From the human T2T-CHM13v2.0 reference genome, Homo sapiens: 64,000 nt of DNA. Made by a program: the position numbers and the translations under genes. The notes beneath the pieces were generated by a model. That model searched no databases and was not told where the DNA came from. It was given only the letters and a program-made list of their open reading frames with translations. This document shows, piece after piece, positions 57,601 through 64,000 of this stretch. Each line of letters starts with the position of its first letter. The first letter of the stretch is position 1. The DNA lies in NCBI RefSeq assembly GCF_009914755.1, contig NC_060935.1; one strand, written 5' to 3'.

Positions 57601-59868
57601 TGATACAGTTTGGCTGTGTCCGCACCCAAATCTCAACTTGAATTGTATCTCCCAGTATTGCCACATGTTGTGGGAGGGACCCAGGAGGAGGTAATTTAAT
57701 CATGGGGGCTGGTCTTTCCCATACTATTCTCATGATAGTGAATAGGTCTCACGAGATCTGATCAGTTTATCAAGAGTTTCTGCTTTTGCTTCTTCCTCAT
57801 TTTCCTCTTGCCACTGCCATGTAAGAATTGCCTCCCGCCATGACTGTGAGGCCTCCCAGGCCATGTGGAACTGTAAGTCCAATTAAACCTCTTTTTGTTC
57901 CAAGTTTTTGGTATGTCTTTATCGGTAGCATGATAACGAACTAATACAGTAAATTGGTACCAGTAGAGTGGGGCACTGTTAAAAAGACACCTGAAAATGT
58001 GGAAGCAACTTTGGAACTGGGTAATAGGCAGAGGTTGGAACAGTTTGGAGGGCTCAGAAGAAGACAGAAAAATGTGGGAAAGTTTGGAACCTCCTAGAGA
58101 CTTGTTGAGTGGCTTTGACAAAAATGTTGATAGTGATATGAACAATAAGGTCCGGTCTGGGGTGGTCTCAGATGGAGATGAGGAACATGTTGGGAACTGG
58201 AGCAAAGGTGACTCTTGTTATGTTTTAGCAAAGAGACTGGTGGCATTTTGCCCCTGCCCTAGAGATTTGTGGAACTTTGAGAGAGATGATTTAGGGTATC
58301 TGGCAGAAAAAATTTCTAAGCAGCAAAGCATTCAAAAGGTTAATTGTGTGCTGTCAAAAGCACTCCATTTTAAAAGGGAAACAGAGCACACAAGTTCAGA
58401 AAATTTGCAGGCTGATGCTGCAGTAGAAAAGAAAAACCCATTTTTTGAGGAGAAATTCAAGGTGGCTGCAGAAATTTATATAAGTAGCAAGGAGTCTAAT
58501 GTTAATTCCCAAGACCATGGGAAAAATGTCAGAGACCTTGGAGTGGCAGCCCCTCCCATCACAGGTCCAGAGGCCCAGGAGGAAAGAGTGGTTTCGTGGG
58601 CTGGGCCCAGGGTCCCTGTGCTGTGTGCAGCCTAGGGACTTGGTGCCCTGTGTCTCAGCCACTCCAGCCATGGCTGAAAGGGACCTATGTAGAGCTCAGG
58701 CTGTGGCATCAGGGGGTGGAAGCTCCAAGGCTTGGCAGCTTCCACGTCATGTGGTGTTGAGCTTGCGGGTACACAGAAGTCAAGAATTAAGGTTTGGGAA
58801 CCCCTGCCTAGATTTCAGAAGATGTATGGAAATGCCTGGATGCCCAGGAATATGTTTGCTGCAGGGGCAGGGCCCTCATGGAGAACCTCTGCAAGGGCAG
58901 TGGGGAAAGGAAATGTGGAGTCAGAGCCCCCACATAGAGTCCCTACTGGAGCACTGCCTAGTGGAGCTGTGAGAAGAGGGCCACCATCCTCCAGACCCCA
59001 GAATGGTAGATCCACTGACAGCTTGCACCGTGCACCTGGAAAAGTCACAGACATTCAATGCCAGCCTGTAAAGCAGCCGGGAGGGAGGCTGTACCCTACA
59101 AAGCCACAGGCGTGGAGCTGCCCAACACCATGGGAACTCACCTTTTGCATCAGCGTGACCTGGATGTGAGACCTGGAGTCAAAAGAGGTCATTTTGAAGC
59201 TTTCAAATTTGACTGCCCCACTGGATTTTGGACTTGCATGCGCCCTGTAACCCCTTTGTTTTGGCCAATTTCTCACATTTGGAACAGCTGTATATACCAA
59301 ATACCTGTACCCCCATTGTATCTAGGAAGTAACTAGCTTGTTTTTGATTTTACAGGCTCATAGGCAGAAGAGACTTGCCTTGTCTCAGATGAAACTTCGG
59401 ATTGTGGACTTTTGTGTAATGCTGAAATGAGTTCAGATTTTGGGGACTGTTGGGAAAGCATGATTGGTTTTGAAATGTGAGGACATGAAATTTAGAGGGG
59501 CCAGGGGTGGACTGATATGGTTTGGCTGTGTCTCCACCCAAATCTCAACTTGAATTGTATCTCTAGGAATTACCACGTGTTGTGGGAGGGACTCAAGGAA
59601 AGGTAATTGAATCACGGGGGCCCATCTTTCCCCTGCTAGTCTCATGATAGTGAATAAGTCTCATGAGATCTGATGGATTTATTAGGGGTTTCCACTTTTG
59701 CTTCTTCCTTATTTTTCCCTTGCCACTGCCATGTTAAGAAGTGACTTTCACCTCCTGTTATGATTCTGAGGCCTCCCCATCCGTGTAGAACTGTAAGTCC
59801 AATTAAACCTCTTTTTGTTCTGAGTTTCAGGTATGTCCTTATCAGCAGCATGAAAACAAACTAATACA
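57601..59868 (+). mobile_element. Full-length THE1A MaLR element: 5' LTR 57601-57948, internal 57949-59512, 3' LTR 59513-59868
   Basis: Two homologous LTRs (tgata..gtttggctgtgtc...ctaataca); THE1A-type atctcaacttgaattgtatctc; internal starts gtaaattggtaccag and ends in purine-rich ccaggggtggac; perfect 5-bp TSD GCTTC; inserted into an L2 relic. Confidence 0.96.
57997..59336 (+). pseudogene. Frameshifted THE1-int ORF remnant
   Basis: Overlapping ORFs of 212, 157, 145 and 92 aa with THE1-int peptides such as GNWSKGDSCYVLAKRLVAFCPCPRDLWNFE and KVWEPLPRFQKMYGNAWMPR. Confidence 0.85.
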
Positions 59869-60880
59869 GCTTCTATGAGGAGGTAACATTTGACTTGAAA
59901 CCTGAATAGAAATAAATAATTCAACTGTGCATTATTTGATTATCTGAGCAGGCTCATATTTCATCTTCAACCACTCAATTTATCTCCCAAGCTTCTAACT
60001 CTTTCATCCAGATGAAGTCACTCAACTTAGCAGAGAGAACAGATACTTCTTCTCTTTGCAGTTATTCCATTATTATTCTTTACACACAGAGTTATTATTG
60101 CAACTCACTGTCTATTGGACAGATTTCATACTGTAACGGGAACAATAAAATTATGACTTGGTGACAGACCTACTTTATTGCCAAGGTACGTTGTACCTCT
60201 CCATTAATTTCATTGTTTCTCTTCTTTCTGTCTGTCATTTTTCAGGAAGCAAACAAAAGTGATGCTTTCAATTGCAAGCAGAAATAAGAAAAATAAAGAA
60301 ATTCAAAACAACAACAACAACAAAAAAAAAAAACTGCTTCTCAAAGATCCTTCAAGTCCTGGCAGTCCAAATTTCAAAAACTGTTTAAAGCCTTACCACT
60401 CAATATCAAATGAAAGACGTGGAATATCAACAATGATTTATCTTGTTTTTAGAATCTTCCAAAATCTGCTCCTCGGGTTATCTCCATTATAATCTTAATC
60501 CTGAGAACAGTAAAGCGTGTGTCAATAAACATATCTCTAAATTTTAAAAAAAATGGGAAAACTATTCATGAAGGAAAATAGTACAGTTTTTGTGTGTTTC
60601 TTCATAAAAAGTTTGAACGACAAGAGATCAAATAATTACATTGTGGTAGATATTAAGTAGGTCTAACAACACAAATTTTGGGGTTTCTACTTTGTGCATT
60701 TTACCTTATAATGAGCAACCTGATATGTTCTTGAGGTGTATAAGCCAGAGGGAAAACAGAACAGCTCATATAAAATAGAAAAGAAATAATTAGGAGAAAA
60801 ACAGGAAGGGGAAGAGAAATTATACATGGAAAAAGTTAAAGAAAGGATGCATTTTGAAAATCTATTCTCTGAAGCATCTA

Positions 60881-61520
<640 letters not shown>

Positions 61521-62116
61521 GTTGTCTTTTAGTGATATACCCCTCATGCCAAGTACAACCCAAGCCAATTTGAACTGTCAGTCAATTCCTAAGCTTTAAC
61601 TTGTTCCAGACCCAGTGGTCATCAGGTAAACTGATAAATTTGACCACACATTCAGTATCTCTCTACACCCCTCATCTAAAATATTCACCTAAAAGTCATA
61701 TACACTCCCATCAACCAGTGCCTCTGGATAAGGAAACTTCAAAGGGGTGGTAGCAGGGTGAAGGTAAGAGGAATAACCTAAGCTAATGTAATACATATTC
61801 TGAGCAAATCATTCAAGAAGAAAAAAACATACTAATAAGTGATTATAAAAAACATGTTGGCTTAAATGATTACATGAGTTTTAGTCCCTCTAAATCCTTA
61901 AATCTTTTCTACAATGAGAATAAGAGATTTGGAGAGAATTGCACTTCAACTTAAAACCAAAGACCAAAAACAGAAACCTCGGCACATAACTCTTCATATT
62001 TGCAATAGGGAAAGCAAATGACATGGACATGTCATTTAAATAGGCAACAATCTAAATATTTGATTAAACATAGAAAAAACATATCTAATAAGTAATTAGT
62101 TAGATCAAGACCACAT

Positions 62117-62154
62117 GTTTGTGTATATGTGTATGTGTGTGTGTATGTGTGTAT
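62117..62154. repeat. Imperfect (TG)n/(TA) microsatellite
   Basis: Direct reading. Confidence 0.85.
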
Positions 62155-63837
62155 GGAAGCTCAAATTAACTACATATGCTATGTGTGTACCTCATTTAAT
62201 CATTGCTTACTCAAACAGGAATCACACTCTTTTATTTGAATAAAAGCCTTGTAAATGCAATTCTTATCTTCTTAACTCCAAATAAGTATATTTTCATTTA
62301 CTGTTTTATTTGCGTTAGATCTAAAGGTTTTCACATGGAAAAAGAAGTAATTTAAGAAAGAAAATGTAGCAGTATCAAAAGATGTGTTGCAAATCAGAAT
62401 TTATGGGTCATAGTTGGTGATACATGCTAAAAATAATATATCAAACAACTAATACACCTGAAAAAAGTATGCAAAACACAAGACAGGAGTGAAAATAAAC
62501 TATTCACAACATAATACTATAGTCTGGTAATTATAGTTTAAATAACTGGAGCAAATTCTCGGCAAGAGCAATAAAATAGATTAAGTAAAATACCTAACAG
62601 CATTTATTTTGGGTTATATAACTCTGCCATAGTGTTATAAAGGCTTATTGGGTAATCAAATGTAGCAGTAAAGAGATTCATAGTTCAATTTCCCTGGGAA
62701 TCACATTTTTTTTAAATTTTACTTTCTAATCAAAATAATGGTAAATTTTATTTAAATAATGCTCTATGTATACATGCATTATGCTCTAGATAGTAGAGAT
62801 AATAACTTGTGCCAGACCCAGTTTTATATTCTCTATATGTTCTCACCTACATGACCAAATTATATTTCTTATCCATACATGAACTCAACTGCAAGGATAG
62901 CCTCAGATGTTGATAACTGGAAGCTATAACTGGCAAAATACTGAGGTGACTGGGAACCCTGCCATGGACTAAGGGACCTGCTCCTAGGTCTGCATTGAAC
63001 CTTCATGTTGGTCACAGTGAAGTTTCTACCCTACAGGGCTACTAACAAACTAGGAAAAACCATAAATAGTGGGCAAATGATGTGTTAAATAATGTTATTG
63101 AAAACAATAAGAAATCTTTGACATACATCCCACTTTAGGTTTATAAAAATGTCTGGAAGGTGAATTATATTTGTTTCTTTTTCTAGAGCTGAATGGTTAA
63201 ATCTGGCTATAAAAGTAATTGAATAATTACCTTTGCAAACACTCCCATTGCATGAAGAATAGCAATTCATGCTGGATACAAGTAGAGAATATTGGTTTTT
63301 ATTGCTATCTCTTTCCTTAGAAAGAGAGTGGATGGAGTTATAAAACATTTTGTGGGCTTGTACATTGTACTTTCTTGTGAAATCCCTGTATATTTTGGTC
63401 CTATATGAAAAATACATTATATTAAAACTCAGAAAGAAGGCAGATACTCCTTCTAATACTCTTTCCACTTTCTTCAGATCATGAAGAGGATAATGACAAT
63501 GTCTTACAGACCTTTATTTGATACTTACAGCTATCTAACAAAGTAAGTATGATTTGCATTTCCATATAGAGAAGTATATGCTTGCAGGTGATAAATAACA
63601 TGTCCAAAGTCATGTGGTCTGAAAATTCCAAAGCCAGATTTTAAACCTATGCCTATTTGATCATAAACACCACAACCATAAACAATATACTGCCTTTAAT
63701 ACTCTATAAACACTATGATCATAAATAATACAATACTGTCTTGAATACCTACGTGTCTCATAAAATTTGTCACCCCATTATATGCTCACACTTAGCATTG
63801 TGTAAAATAGATGCTCAATGATTGTTTATTAAATTGA

Positions 63838-64000
63838 GTTTGGGTATGTTGGCTCACAGCTGTAATCCCAGCTACTCAGGAGGCTGAGGCTGAGCCTAGG
63901 AGTTCAAGACCATCCTGGGCAACATAGTGAAACCTCATCTCCGCAAATTTTTTTTAAAGAAAATTAGCCAGGGGTGGTGGCTCCTGTCTGTAGTCCCAGC
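63838..64000 (+). mobile_element. AluJ-like, cut by the window edge
   Basis: ggctcacagctgtaatcccagc...gagcctaggagttcaagaccatcctgggcaacatagtga. Confidence 0.9.

Noticed and set aside
60184-60245. Donor aag|gtacg paired with the 60245 acceptor as a mini-intron
   Set aside because: About 60 nt is below the usual minimum human intron size, and there is no upstream exon evidence
63085-63468. 127-aa minus-strand ORF
   Set aside because: Low-information AT-rich composition, with no domain or splice support visible

Overview
AT-rich primate (very probably human) non-coding genomic DNA, either intergenic or deep intronic. I see no CpG island, no supportable protein-coding exon, no RNA gene and no CRISPR-type array. 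The ORF track is largely explained by Alu, L1, LTR and transposon sequence or by chance ORFs in AT-rich DNA. The window is a layered transposable-element record: about 17 Alus (J, S and Y types), several ERV1 LTRs (LTR28/MER52-like x2, MER4D-like, MER61-like), MaLR/ERVL LTRs (MLT1, MLT2), a complete THE1A element with 5-bp TSD, an ancient MLT1 element with internal sequence, a near full-length Tigger2 with a decayed transposase, a twin-primed inverted L1PA, and MIR/L2/L1M relics. I found no convincing new biological system. The best second-look items are: (i) an LTR plus ~480 bp internal ERV fragment bounded by TG..CA and a 4-bp TSD, suggesting integration through a cryptic internal end; (ii) a candidate DUX4-responsive THE1A promoter with a splice donor, a strong downstream acceptor and poly(A) signals; (iii) a recursive-splice-like AG|GT motif; (iv) several template-switch or duplication scars; (v) candidate enhancer, CTCF and ISRE motifs. 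All family assignments come from my recall of consensus sequences, not from a database search.
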